Part shown: positions 27,764 through 42,361 of the stretch, piece by piece
Numbering within the stretch: the stretch's first letter is position 1
How the letters are laid out: every line of letters starts with the position of its first letter
Assembly (NCBI GenBank): GCA_964016885.1
Contig: OZ024741.1
Coordinates: forward strand, 89,466,001-89,530,000
Reading direction: 5' to 3'
Origin: Eledone cirrhosa
Taxonomy: Eukaryota
DNA length: 64,000 bases
The notes under the pieces: generated by a model
Database searches by the model: none
What the model saw: the letters and a program-made list of their open reading frames with translations, nothing else
What the model was told of the DNA's origin: nothing
Position numbers and translations under genes: made by a program

Positions 27764-28539
27764 TCTATATATATAAAACTGTGGTTGTCTGTCTGTCTAT
27801 CGATTTTTGGCACACATCTCCTCTTAGAATCTCTCACGGAATTGCACCGAAATTGCTAGACTTGTACATTGAGCCCTAGCGAAGACATCGGAAAAGAAAA
27901 AAATTTCAAATTGACCCACCCTATGTGACGAAATCGAATATAATGTATCGATTTTTGAGCGTAAGTTATCAGTTATTTCCCTTTGTTCTGTTTACATTGA
28001 GCGTCTTACGTAAAAAATTACGCTGGCTTTCTCAGCGTTTAAAATATCATTAACACAATACACGAACATTCGAACACTAAGCTTCCGTTTTGCTTCATTT
28101 CCATTTAAAAGCATTTTAAAACAATATTTTTACTTGAAAACAAGTCTATTTAAAGACTACGTAAAACAAGCAAATATTTCAGGCGTGCAGACAGACAGTC
28201 GTGCAGAGAGGTGATATAGGCGTGCAGACAGACATAACTGATAATTTGGTTACGCTAATGTTTTTCTCTGCGTTGCAGTGTTTACATTTTCGATCTTTGT
28301 TAATAAGTAACCAGTGCAGTTTTTATCCCCAGCATCCTCTTTTGTTATAACATTCGGGTTATCGTTATGTTTTCTTAGCTTCATAAGGCATATTGTTGGT
28401 TGAGGGAATGTTAATCAAAAAGACCACATGCAAGTCTGCACAGTAGACACTACAGTTTTTAAGCCAAAAAAGAAACTTAACATTGTAACTTTAACACAGC
28501 TACTGAGCGACCCCGAGCAACGCCGGGCTTTACTGCTAG
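27764..28539 (+). mobile_element. Non-autonomous Helitron, simple 776-bp form
   Basis: ACTAA^TCTATATATATAAAACTG...CTGCTAG^TGTAGT. Confidence 0.9.
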
Positions 28540-28896
28540 TGTAGTATATAGTAGGACTAATGTAATATATAGTAGGACTAATGTAGTATATAGTAGGACT
28601 AATGTAGTATATAGTAGGACTAATGTAGTATATAGTGGGACTAATGTAGTATATAGTAGGATTAATGTAGTATATAGTAGGTCTAATGTAATATATAGTA
28701 CGACCAATGTAATATATAGTAGGACTAATGTAATATATAGTAGGTCTAATGTAGTATATAGTAGGACTAATGTAATATATAGTAGGACTAATGTAGTATA
28801 TAGTAGGACTAATGTAGTATATAGTAGGACTAATGTAGTATATAGTAGGTCTAATGTAATATATAGTAGGACTAATGTAATATATAGTAGGTCTAA

Positions 28897-30214
28897 TCTA
28901 TATATATAAAACTGTGGTTGTCTGTCTGTCTATCGATTTTTGGCACACATCTCCTCTTAGAATCTCTCACGGAATTGCACCGAAATTGCTATACTTGTAC
29001 ATTGAGCCCTAGCGAAGACATCGGAAAAAAAAAAATTTCAAATTGACCCACCCTATGTGACGAAATCGAATATAATGTATCGATTTTTGAGCGTAAGTTA
29101 TCAGTTATTTCCCTTTGTTCTGTTTACATTGAGCGTCTTACGTAAAAAATTACGCTGGCTTTCTCAGCGTTTAAAATGACAGCAAAATATTGACCTGCAA
29201 AATTCATCAGTTCGAACACTAAGCTTCCGTTTTGCTTCATTTCCATTTAAAAGCATTTTAAAACAATATTTTTACTTGAAAACAAGTCTATTTAAAGACT
29301 ACGTAAAACAAGCAAATATTTCGTCGTTAGGCGTGCAGACAGACAGTCGTGCAGAGAGGTGATATACGCGTGCAGACAGACAGTCGTGCAGAGAGGTGAT
29401 ATAGGCGTGCAGACAGACAGTCGTGCAGAGAGGTGATATAGGCATGCAGACAGACAGTCGTGCAGAGAGGTGATATAGGCGTGCAGACAGACAGTCGTGC
29501 AGAGAGGTGATATAGGCGTGCAGACAGACAGTCGTGCAGAGAGGTGATATAGGCGTACAGACAGACAGTCGTGCAGAGAGGTGATATAGGCGTGCAGACA
29601 GACATAACAGATAATTTGGTTACGCTAATGTTTTTCTCTGCGCTGCAGTGTTTACATTTTCGATCTTTGTTAATAAATAACCAGTGCAGTTTCTATCCCC
29701 AGCATCCTCTTTTGTTATAACATTCGGGTTATCATTATGTTTTCTTAACTTCATAAGGCATATTGTTGGTTGAGGGAATATTAATCAAAAACACCACATG
29801 CAAGTCTGCACAGTAGACACTACAGTTTTTAAGCCAAGAAAGAAACTTAACATTGTAACTTTAACACAGCTACTGAGCGACCCCGAGCAACGCCGGGCTT
29901 TACTGCTAGTAACTGATAATTTGGTAACGCTAATGTTTTTCTCTGCGTTGCAGTGTTTACATTTTCGATCTTTGTTAATAAATAACCAGTGCAGTTTTTA
30001 TCCCCAGCATCCTCTTTTGTTATAACATTCGGGTTATCGTTATGTTTTCTTAACTTCATAAGGCATATTGTTGGTTGAGGGAATATTAATCAAAAACACC
30101 ACATGCAAGTCTGCACAGTAGACACTACAGTTTTTAAGCCGAGAAAGAAACTTAACATTGTAACTTTAACACAGCTACTGAGCGACCCCGAGCAGCGCCG
30201 GGCTTTACTGCTAG
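28897..30214 (+). mobile_element. Helitron with expanded 37-bp minisatellite and duplicated 305-bp 3' end
   Basis: CTAG ends at 29909 and 30214. Confidence 0.9.
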
Positions 30215-31594
30215 TGTAGTATATAGTAGGACTAATGTAGTATATAGTAGGACTAATGTAATATATAGTAGGACTAATGTAGTATATAGTAGGACTAATG
30301 TAATATATAGTAGGACTAATGTAATATATAGTAGGTCTAATGTAGTATATAGTAGGACTAATGTAGTATATAGTAGGACTAATGTAGTATATAGTAGGAC
30401 TAATGTAGTATATAGTAGCTCTAATGTAGTATATAGTAGGACTAATTTAGTATATAGTAGGACTAATGTAGTATATAGTAGGACTAATGTAGTATATAGT
30501 AGGACTAATGTAGTATATAGTAGGACTAATGTAATATATAGTAGGACTAATGTATAGTAGGACTAATGTAGTATATAGTAGGACTAATGTAATATATAGT
30601 AGGTCTAATGTAGTATATAGTAGGACTAATGTAGTATATAGTAGGTCTAATGTAGTATATAGTAGGACTAATGTAGTATATAGTAGGACTAATGTAGTAT
30701 ATAGTAGGACTAATGTAATATATAGTAGGACTAATGTAATATATAGTAGGTCTAATGTAGTATATAGTAGGACTAATGTAGTATATAGTAGGACTAATGT
30801 AGTATATAGTAGGACTAATGTAGTATACAGTAGGTCTAATGTAATATATAGTAGGACTAATGTAATATATAGTAGGACTAATGTAGTATATAGTAGGACT
30901 AAGTAGTATATAGTAGGACTAATGTAATATATAGTCGGACTAATGTAGTATATAGTAGGACTAATGTAGTATATAGTAGGACTAATGTAGTATATAGTAG
31001 GACTAATGTAATATATAGTAGGACTAATGTAGTATATAGTAGGACTAATGTAATATATAGTAGGGCTAATGTAGTATATAGTAGGTCTAATGTAGTATAT
31101 AGTAGGTCTAATGTAGTATATAGTAGGACTAATGTAGTATATAGTAGGACTAATGTAATATATAGTAGGACTAATGTAGTATATAGTAGGTCTAATGTAG
31201 TATATAGTAGGACTAATGTAATATATAGTAGGACTAATGTAGTATATAGTAGGACTAATGTAGTATGTAGTAGGACTAATGTAATATATAGTAGGACTAA
31301 TGTAATATATAGTAGGACTAATGTAGTATATAGTAGGACTAATGTAATATATAGTAGGACTAATGTAGTATATAGTAGGACTAATGTAATATATAGTAGG
31401 ACTAATGTAATATATAGTAGAACTAATGTAGTATATAGTAGGACTAATGTAATATATAGTAGGACTAATGTAATATATAGTAGGACTAATGTAATATATA
31501 GTAGGACTAATGTAATAAATAGTAGGACTAATGTAGTATATAGTAGGTCTAATGTAATATATAGTAGGACTAATGTAGTATATAGTAGGACTAA

Positions 31595-32369
31595 TCTATA
31601 TATATAAAACTGTGGTTGTCTGTCTGTCTATCGATTTTTGGCACACATCTCCTCTTAGAATCTCTCACGGAATTGCACCGAAATTGCTATACTTGTACAT
31701 TGAGCCCTAGCGAAGACATCGGAAAAAAAAAATTTGAAATTGACCCACCCTATGTGACGAAATCGAATATAATGTATCGATTTTTGAGCGTAAGTTATCA
31801 GTTATTTCCCTTTGTTCTGTTTACATTGAGCGTCTTACGTAAAAAATTACGCTGGCTTTCTCAGCGTTTAAAATGACATTAACACAATACACGAACATTC
31901 GAACACTAAGCTTCCGTTTTGCTTCATTTCCATTTAAAAGCATTTTAAAACAATATTTTTACTTGAAAACAAGTCTATTTAAAGACTACGTAAAACAAGC
32001 AAATATTTCAGGCGTGCAGACAGACAGTCGTGCAGAGAGGTGATATAGGCGTGCAGACAGACATAACTGATAATTTGGTTACGCTAATGTTTTTCTCTGC
32101 GTTGCAGTGTTTACATTTTCGATCTTTGTTAATAAGTAACCAGTGCAGTTTTTATCCCCAGCATCCTCTTTTGTTATAACATTCGGGTTATCGTTATGTT
32201 TTCTTAACTTCATAAGGCATATTGTTGGTTGAGGGAATATTAATCAAAAACACCACATGCAAGTCTGCACAGTAGACACTACAGTTTTTAAGCCAAAAAA
32301 AGAAACTTAACATTGTAACTTTAACACAGCTACTGAGCGACCCCGAGCAACGCCGGGCTTTACTGCTAG
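31595..32369 (+). mobile_element. Helitron, simple 775-bp form (sister of 27764-28539)
   Basis: Shares the diagnostic CATTAACACAATACACGAAC segment. Confidence 0.9.
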
Positions 32370-32705
32370 TGTAGTATATAGTAGGACTAATGTAATATAT
32401 AGTAGGACTAATGTAGTATATAGTAGGACTAATGTAATATATAGTAGGACTAATGTAGTATATAGTAGGACTAATGTAGTATATAGTAGGACTAATGTAG
32501 TATATAGTGGGACTAATCTAGTATATAGTAGGACTAATGTAGTATATAGTAGGTCTAATGTAATATATAGTAGGACCAATGTAATATATAGTAGGACTAA
32601 TGTAATATATAGTAGGTCTAATGTAGTATATAGTAGGACTAATGTAATATATAGTAGGTCTAATGTAATATATAGTAGGACTAATGTAATATATAGTAGG
32701 TCTAA

Positions 32706-34632
32706 TCTATATATATAAAACTGTGGTTGTCTGTCTGTCTATCGATTTTTGGCACACATCTCCTCTTAGAATCTCTCACGGAATTGCACCGAAATTGCTA
32801 TACTTGTACATTGAGCCCTAGCGAAGACATCGGAAAAAAAAAAATTTCAAATTGACCCACCCTATGTGACGAAATCGAATATAATGTATCGATTTTTGAG
32901 CGTAAGTTATCAGTTATTTCCCTTTGTTCTGTTTACATTGAGCGTCTTACGTAAAAAATTACGGTGGCTTTCTCAGCGTTTAAAATGACAGCAAAATATT
33001 GACCTGCAAAATTCATCAGTTCGAACACTAAGCTTCCGTTTTGCTTCATTTCCATTTAAAAGCATTTTAAAACAATATTTTTACTTGAAAACAAGTCTAT
33101 TTAAAGACTACGTAAAACAAGCAAATATTTCGTCGTTAGGCGTGCAGACAGACAGTCGTGCAGAGAGGTGATATACGCGTGCAGACAGACAGTCGTGCAG
33201 AGAGGTGATATAGGCGTGCAGACAGACAGTCGTGCAGAGAGGTGATATAGGCGTGCAGACAGACAGTCGTGCAGAGAGGTGATATAGGCGTGCAGACAGA
33301 CATATATATATATAAAACTGTGGTTGTCTGTCTGTCTATCGATTTTTGGCACACATCTCCTCTTAGAATCTCTCACGGAATTGCACCGAAATTGCTATAC
33401 TTGTACATTGAGCCCTAGCGAAGACATCGGAAAAAAGAAAATTTGAAATTGACCCACCCTATGTGACGAAATCGAATATAATGTATCGATTTTTGAGCGT
33501 AAGTTATCAGTTATTTCCCTTTGTTCTGTTTACATTGAGCGTCTTACGTAAAAAATTACGCTGGCTTTCTCAGTCTTTGTTAATAAATAACCAGTGCAGT
33601 TTTTATCCCCAGCATCCTCTTTTGTTATAACATTCGGGTTATCGTTATGTTTTCTTAACTTCATAAGGCATATTGTTGGTTGAGGGAATATTAATCAAAA
33701 ACACCACATGCAACTCTGCACAGTAGACACTACAGTTTTTAAGCCAAAAAAGAAACTTAACATTGTAACTTTAACACAGCTACTGAGCGACCCCGTTTTG
33801 CTTCATTTCCATTTAAAAGCATTTTAAAACAATATTTTTACTTGAAAACAAGTCTATTTAAAGACTACGTAAAACAAGCAAATATTTCGTCGTTAGGCGT
33901 GCAGACAGACAGTCGTGCAGAGAGGTGATATACGCGTGCAGACAGACAGTCGTGCAGAGAGGTGATATAGGCGTGCAGACAGACAGTCGTGCAGAGAGGT
34001 GATATAGGCGTGCAGACAGACATAACTGATAATTTGGTTACGCTAATGTTTTTCTCTGCGTTGCAGTGTTTACATTTTCGATCTTTGTTAATAAATAACC
34101 AGTGCAGTTTCTATCCCCAGCATCCTCTTTTGTTATAACATTCGGGTTATCATTATGTTTTCTTAACTTCATAAGGCATATTGTTGGTTGAGGGAATATT
34201 AATCAAAAACACCACATGCAAGTCTGCACAGTAGACACTACAGTTTTTAAGCCAAGAAAGAAACTTAACATTGTAACTTTAACACAGCTACTGAGCGACC
34301 CCGAGCAACGCCGGGCTTTACTGCTAGTAACTGATAATTTGGTTACGCTAATGTTTTTCTCTGCGTTGCAGTGTTTACATTTTCGATCTTTGTTAATAAA
34401 TAACCAGTGCAGTTTCTATCCCCAGCATCCTCTTTTGTTATAACATTCGGGTTATCGTTATGTTTTCTTAACTTCATAAGGCATATTGTTGGTTGAGGGA
34501 ATATTAATCAAAAACACCACATGCAAGTCTGCACAGTAGACACTACAGTGTTTAAGCCGAGAAAGAAACTTAACATTGTAACTTTAACACAGCTACTGAG
34601 CGACCCCGAGCAACGCCGGGCTTTACTGCTAG
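32706..34632 (+). mobile_element. Rearranged, nested Helitron block
   Basis: Second 5' end at ~33303, CCG-microhomology junction at ~33795, CTAG ends at 34327 and 34632. Confidence 0.85.
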
Positions 34633-37600
34633 TGTAGTATATAGTAGGACTAATGTAGTATATAGTAGGACTAATGTAATATATAGTAGGACTAATGTAA
34701 TATATAGTAGGTCTAATGTAGTATATAGTAGGACTAATGTAGTATATAGTAGGACTAATGTAGTATATAGTAGGTCTAATGTAGTATATAGTAGGTCTAA
34801 TGTAGTATATAGTAGGACTAATGTAGTATATAGTAGGACTAATGTAGTATATAGTAGGACTAATGTAGTATATAGTAGGACTAATGTAGTATATAGTAGG
34901 ACTAATGTAGTATATAGTAGGACTAATGTAATATATAGTAGGACTAATGTATAGTAGGACTAATGTAGTATATAGTAGGACTAATGTAATATATAGTAGG
35001 TCTAATGTAGTATATAGTAGGACTAATGTAGTATATAGTAGGTCTAATGTAATATATAGTAGGACTAATGTAATATATAGTAGGACTAATGTAGTATATA
35101 GTAGGACTAAGTAGTATATAGTAGGACTAATGTAATATATAGTCGGACTAATGTAGTATATAGTAGGACTAATGTAGTATATAGTAGGACTAATGTAGTA
35201 TATAGTAGGACTAATGTAGTATATAGTGGGACTAATGTAATATATAGTAGGACTAATGTAGTATATAGTAGGACTAATGTAGTATATAGTAGAACTAATG
35301 TAATATATAGTAGGACTAATGTAGTATATAGTAGGACTAATGTAGTATATAGTAGGACTAATGTAATATATAGTAGGACTAATGTATAGTAGGACTAATG
35401 TAGTATATAGTAGGACTAATGTAATATATAGTAGGTCTAATGTAGTATATAGTAGGACTAATGTAGTATATAGTAGGTCTAATGTAGTATATAGTAGGAC
35501 TAATGTAGTATATAGTAGGACTAATGTAGTATATAGTAGGACTAATGTAATATATAGTAGGACTAATGTAATATATAGTAGGTCTAATGTAGTATATAGT
35601 AGGACTAATGTAGTATATAGTAGGACTAATGTAGCATATAGTAGGTCTAATGTAATATATAGTAGGACTAATGTAATATATAGTAGGACTAATGTAGTAT
35701 ATAGTAGGACTAAGTAGTATATAGTAGGACTAATGTAATATATAGTCTGACTAATGTAGTATATAGTAGGACTAATGTAGTATATAGTAGGACTAATGTA
35801 GTATATAGTAGGACTAATGTAGTATATAGTAGGACTAATGTAGTATATAGTAGGACTAATGTAGTATATAGTAGAACTAATGTAATATATAGTAGGACTA
35901 ATGTAGTATATAGTAGGACTAATGTAGTATATAGTAGGACTAATGTAGTATATAGTAGGACTAATGTAATATATAGTAGGACTAATGTAGTATATAGTAG
36001 GACTAATGTAATATATAGTAGGACTAATGTAGTATATAGTAGGTCTAATGTAGTATATAGTAGGACTAATGTAGTATATAGTAGGACTAATGTAATATAT
36101 AGTAGGACTAATGTAGTATATAGTAGGTCTAATGTAGTATATAGTAGGACTAATGTAATATATAGTAGGACTAATGTAGTATATAGTAGGACTAATGTAG
36201 TATATAGTAGGACTAATGTAATATATAGTAGGACTAATGTAATATATAGTAGGACTAATGTAATATATAGTAGGGCTAATGTAGTATATAGTAGGACTAA
36301 TGTAGTATATAGTAGGTCTAATGTAGTATATAGTAGGACTAATGTAGTATATAGTAGGACTAATGTAGTATATAGTAGGACTAATGTAATCTATAGTAGG
36401 ACTAATGTAATCTATAGTAGGACTAATGTAATCTATAGTAGGACTAATGTAGTATATAGTAGGACTAATGTAGTATATAGTAGGACTAATGTAGTATATA
36501 GTCGGACTAATGTAATATATAGTAGGACCAATGTAACATATAGTAGGACTAATGTAACATATAGTAGGACTAATGTAGTATATAGTAGGTCTAATGTAGT
36601 ATATAGTAGGACTAATGTAATATATAGTAGGACTAATGTAGTATATAGTAGGACTAATGTAATATATAGTAGGACTAATGTAGTATATAGTAGGACTAAT
36701 GTAGTATATAGTAGGACTAATGTAATATATAGTAGGACTAATGTAGTATATAGTAGGACTAATGTAGTATATAGTAGGACTAATGTAGTATATAGTAGGT
36801 CTAATGTAATATATAGTAGGACTAATGTAGTATATAGTAGGACTAATGTAATATATAGCATGACTAATGTAGTATATAGTAGGACTAATGTAATATATAG
36901 TAGGATTAATGTAGTATATAGTAGGACTAATGTAATATATAGTAGGACTAATGTAGTATATAGTAGGACTAATGTAGTATATAGTAGGACTAATGTAGTA
37001 TATAGTAGGACTAATGTAGTATATAGTAGGACTAATGTAGTATATAGTAGGACTAATGTAGTATATAGTAGGACTAATGTAATATATAGTAGGACTAATG
37101 TAATATATAGTAGGACTAATGTAGTATATAGTAGGACTAATGTAGTATATAGTAGGACCAATGTAGTATATAGTAGGACTAATGTAGTATATAGTAGGAC
37201 TAATGTAGTATATAGTAGGACTAATGTAGTATATAGTAGGACTAATGTAGTATATAGTAGGACTAATGTAATATATAGTAGGACTAATGTAGTATATAGT
37301 AGGACTAATGTAGTATATAGTAGGACTAATGTAATATATAGTAGGACTAATGTAGTATATAGTACGACTAATGTAATATATAGTAGGACCAATGTAGTAT
37401 ATAGTAGGACTAATGTAGTATATAGTAGGACTAATGTAGTATATAGTAGGACTAATGTAATATATAGTAGGACTAATGTAGTATATAGTACGACTAATGT
37501 AATATATAGTAGGACTAATGTAATATATAGTAGGACTAATGTAGTATATAGTAGGACTAATGTAATATATAGTAGGACTAATGTAATATATAGTACGACC

Positions 37601-38887
37601 AATGTAGTATATAGTAGGACTAATGTAATATATAGTAGGACTAATGTAGTATATAGTAGGACTAATGTAATATATAGTAGGACTAATGTAATATATAGTA
37701 GGACTAATGTAGTATATAGTAGGACTAATGTAATATATAGTAGGACTAATGTAATATATAGTACGACTAATGTAATATATAGTACGACCAATGTAGTATA
37801 TAGTAGGACTAATGTAATATATAGTAGGACTAATGTAGTATATAGTAGGTCTAATGTAATATATAGTAGGACTAATGTAGTATATAGTAGGACTAATGTA
37901 ATATATAGTAGGACTAATGTAGTATATAGTATGACTAATGTAATATATAGTAGGACTAATGTAGTATATAGTAGGACTAATGTAGTATATAGTAGGACCA
38001 ATGTAGTATATAGTAGGACCAATGTAGTATATAGTAGGACTAATGTAGTATATAGTAGGACTAATGTAGTATATAGTAGGACTAATGTAATATATAGTAG
38101 GACTAATCATTGTCATTTTAATGTCCACTTTCCTTGCTAGCAAAGGGTAATATACAATCGCTGAAACCTGCAACTATGAGAAATTATTTAAATAGATAAG
38201 TTTGGATTATCAGATCATGGGTGATTTTGAGATAAATTTATGTCTTATTTGAAAATATAGTCACCATAATGCAGATAACTATACTAATAGTTGAATAAAT
38301 CCAGGAATTTAACTAAGCATCTCTTCTATGCTGGGTGAGCGTGTTTATCCCTTTTTTACCAATTACCATCTCTTTAGAAGATTTAAGCATGAAGCTAAAA
38401 ATGTGAAGAACATGTGATTACCTTATGAAGTATTTTAAAAAGACAATAATTAGAAGCCAGTAGCCAGTTGGCATAATGGGTAAACACATGCACCTAGCAT
38501 GTAAGAGATGTGTGAGTTGATTCTTTGCAGGCAACTGTATCTATATATAAATTTTCTCCAGGGGTACTTGTTTTTTTTCTTCTATTTTTTAATTATCAAC
38601 TATTATCATAGTCATCTGCATTGTGGCTACAATATTAAATTTCCCAATGCTTCATAAAGTAACCACATATTGTTTATACTTCTATATCTTATATTGAGGA
38701 AATTATCATCATCATCATGGTTTTAATGTTGACTTCTGCATGCTGACATGGGTTGGATGGGATTTTTTCATGTAATGTTTTACAGTCAAATGCCCTTCTT
38801 CACACTTACCCTTTCAGTTATTTCTTATGACATGCAGAGATACACATGGTCCTGAAATATTATACATTGTTTATTTTAAACTTTTAG

Positions 38888-39025
38888 TTGCTGCAACTTT
38901 TTGAATCTCATGCTGGAATTCTTGGTCCTAACTTGTTCTTTAAGTATGCCTTGCCATGTCTTCAAAGAATTGCTGAAAGTGTAAAAGCAAAATTAAAAGA
39001 ACAGAAACTTCAAAATGTTCCAATG
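38888..39025 (+). CDS. UROD: UROD exon 7 ([14 protein letters not shown]...NVPM)
   Basis: ctttTAG acceptor, GTTAGT donor; QLFESHAG motif; 138 nt. Confidence 0.96.
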
Positions 39026-39180
39026 GTTAGTATTGTTGTATTTGTTGTTGTTTGTTATTGTTGTAATTATAAGTGAGGTGTGAAGCTCCTTCATTATCCA
39101 TGGGTAGTAGTACCTCCTCCTTCTTTACTGGGAAATTTTGTTGAGATATATTTGTTACTTTTTTTTTTTTCCTGTTTACT

Positions 39181-39217
<37 letters not shown>

Positions 39218-39934
39218 ATCCTTAATGTTTTCAACCCCATTGCCCCATAAAAAAATGTTCATTATTATTAGGGTGGAGAGGGCGTTGGTTGACAGTATTA
39301 GTAGAGCATCAGGCAAAATGCTTTGTGGTATATAGTTACGTTCTAGTTCAAAACCTACTGAGGTTAGCTTTGCCTTTCATCCTGATGAAGTCAATGAAAT
39401 AGAGCACCAGTAATGCACTGGGGTCGATTTAATCGACTTTCCCTTCATCCAAAATTGTTGACCTTGTGCTAAAATCAGAAACAATTATTATTAGGGTGGG
39501 GAGGACGTTGGATTAGCAGTATTGATAGAGCTTCAGACAAAATGCTTTGCAACATATAGTTACAGCCCTTTATATTCTGAGTTCAAATCCCAGTTAACCT
39601 TGCCTTTCATACTTATGGAGTTAATAAAATAAAAATACCAGTAACAATTATTAAGGTGGGGGATGCATTAGAGCATCAGGCGAATACTTAGCAGTATTTG
39701 TTCTGTGGGCGAAGAAGAAGAGACCTTGGCATTCATAAAACATGTATTGTTTCTTAGACCTTTATAACCCCTTAATTCAAAATGTCTTTAGCTTCACCCA
39801 TAGAACAAGTTAGGATTTGTACACTAAACAAGGAATATTTGCTTTTTTTATTCTCCAACAACACCTCTGTTGTATTCTTGTTCCCTCTACATTTAAAAAA
39901 ATCTCATTATGAGAATTTCATCTTACCATTTCAG

Positions 39935-40035
39935 ATAATCTTTGCTAAAGATGCCCATTTTGCTCTTCGTCAACTCAGTCAGAGCGGTTATGAAGTTGTC
40001 TCCCTTGATTGGACCATTGACCCTTTGATAGGAAG
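39935..40035 (+). CDS. UROD: UROD exon 8 ([11 protein letters not shown]...[12 protein letters not shown])
   Basis: tttcAG acceptor, GTAAGG donor; IIFAKD and LDWT motifs; 101 nt. Confidence 0.96.
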
Positions 40036-42361
40036 GTAAGGATTTCGTTAGTATCTTTCTAAAGAAGGTTCTGGAGTGGCAAATGGAATCAGTAGAATGG
40101 GGCTAATTCTGGGCTGTTTTATTACATGGCTAAGACCCTAGCCTTTCAGGTATTTCAGGCCTTCTATATATATATATATATATGTGAATGAAGTAATTCC
40201 GTCGGAAAGGTACAGGAAAAAAGAGTGCTCTATGTAGGCTAAAATAAATAAATATATATATATATATATATCATCATCATCATCATTGTTTAACGTCCAT
40301 CTTCCACACTAGCATGGGTTAGACGCGAATTGTCCTACTTGAGGCAAGATTGGTCAGGTGACCGTGTCTCGCTCGTATAGGACTGTCTGGCAGGTTTTCT
40401 ACAGCTGGATGCCCTTCCTAACACCAACCACATTTACAGTGTGGAATATATATATGTTATTCGACAAAATTAATTTTACAACAGATTAGAAGCACTCAAC
40501 CAAATTTATCTGGAGTATCATTAATATTAATAATATTAATAAATGGAAAATCCGATCTAGGAATTATTAGTAAAAATACTTGATAGAATTATACCAATAC
40601 TCAAACAAAAATCATATCTCAAGCTTTGGAATGGTACAAATGAAGTAATAGATTGGTTTGTAGACATTAAATCTAAAAATAATACTAAATTTATACAAAT
40701 GGATATAGCTAATTATTATTCTTCAATAACTCCTAATTTACTTAATAAAGCACTGATATACGCATCAAAGCATACTGACTTATCTAATGAAGAAATAAAC
40801 ATTATATTAACTGCACGAAAAACTCTTATTGAATTTAACAACGATCTCTGGATTAGAGCTGAGAGACCGAAGAATTTTGATATTACGATGGGCTCTTCGG
40901 ACTCAAGTTACAGACCTAGTTGGCATCTTCATTCTTAACACCACACATAGTAAATTGTCGGAGGTTTATATCGTGATGATGTGTTATTTATAGTAGATAA
41001 ACATAACAATAGTGAACTTAGTAGAAAAAAGAAAATTATTATAGACTTCTTTAATAATTATGGACTTAAGTTAGAAATAGAAAACGATAATAAAATTGTT
41101 AATTTCTTAGATGTTACACTAAACCTTAACTCTGGCCTATATTACCTGTTCCATAAGATTAATGAAAACCTAAACTATGTTAGCTTCTACTCTAACCACC
41201 CTAGAAATGTTAAAAAAGCTATAGTTAATAGTGTCCAGCAAAGAATATCTAGACTCTCAGCTAATAAAAATATATTTGATAACAAAGCAGAATATTACAA
41301 TGACGCTCTTCACAGAGCTGGATACAATAATAAAATTAACTACATAGATAAGAATAGTATAAATCAACCTCCTAAAGTTTATTATAATAATAATAAATTT
41401 AAACAAATTAACCAAAATAATAAATCAAATAAAAAAGCCAGAACTAGAAATATAATTTGGTATTCTCCTCCAATTTCATTAGGAATTAAGACACCTTTAG
41501 CACACCAATTCTTTAAAGCTCTAGATAAATGTTTTCCTAAGTCCCATAAGTATCACTCCATTTTTAACAGAGATACAGTCAAGCTCTCTTACTTTACTAC
41601 TATGAATATGGCTCAGAATATTGCTAGAATTAATAATAGGAATTTAAAATTAAACCCAACCGAAGTAAACTCAGATAACAATAACAATATAATTAAAAAC
41701 ATTACGAATAATAATAATAGTGAATACATAAATAATAATACAATATCTTTAAATAACAATATAAGGAAATGTAATTGCAGAAATAACATTTTATGCCCTT
41801 TACAGAATAATTGCCTTGATAGAAATTTAGTATACAAATGCACCATAAAAACTAGGGATAGATTATATAACTATATAGGATCAACTTCTTCAAAATTTAA
41901 GGAGCGTTGGTATAATCATAAACATACTTTCAAACGATCGGATAAAAAATTCCCAACCTCACTATCACAATTAATTTGGTTTTTAAAAGACAATAACACT
42001 GACTATTCAATCTCTTGGAGAAAATTATCGAATGCACTGGTTTACCTAAGAATTTGTCATCTCTGTATTGAAGAAATCTTTCATATAATTACCAATCCTG
42101 GTAATATTATTAACAAAAAAAAAGAAGGAAATATTTAATTCTTGTTTACATTGATTCTTCAGAACATTTCACAATATTTATAATTTATAGAAACTATTAC
42201 ACTATGGTCTATATAAGTTGCCTATGTACAATATATTTTTAATTGTTTTTAAATTGTTTTTATACATAGAAATATTTCTTATACAATGTAAAAAACTATT
42301 ATCAAAACTATATCTACTATATGGTGCTCTGAAATCTTATAGAAATTTTTTACTTATATTA

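Larger units (their letters stand above)
18527..38107. repeat. 21-bp satellite array (TAGTAGGACTAATGTA[G/A]TATA)n, roughly 580 monomers plus insertions
   Basis: Directly visible; monomer number estimated from ~12.1 kb of satellite after subtracting the insertions. Confidence 0.98.

Noticed and set aside
18527-38107. CRISPR-like repeat/spacer array
   Set aside because: Head-to-tail monomers without unique spacers, no cas genes, eukaryotic intron.
18791-38173. Long heptad-repeat ORFs (YYISPTI)n, (YSRTNVV)n and (TTLVLLY)n up to 1221 aa, superficially like a Pol II CTD
   Set aside because: They are a by-product of a 21-bp monomer with three stop-free frames. Several of the starts come from SINE/RTE tails, 20- and 14-bp monomers switch frames, and the region is an intron of UROD.
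42140-42160. In-frame TGA near the PLE-1 C-terminus as possible selenocysteine (reported for some Naiad PLEs)
   Set aside because: The TGA follows C-L-H at a position normally basic (likely CGA decay). The conserved Cys positions are TGT/TGC in both PLEs and no SECIS was recognised.
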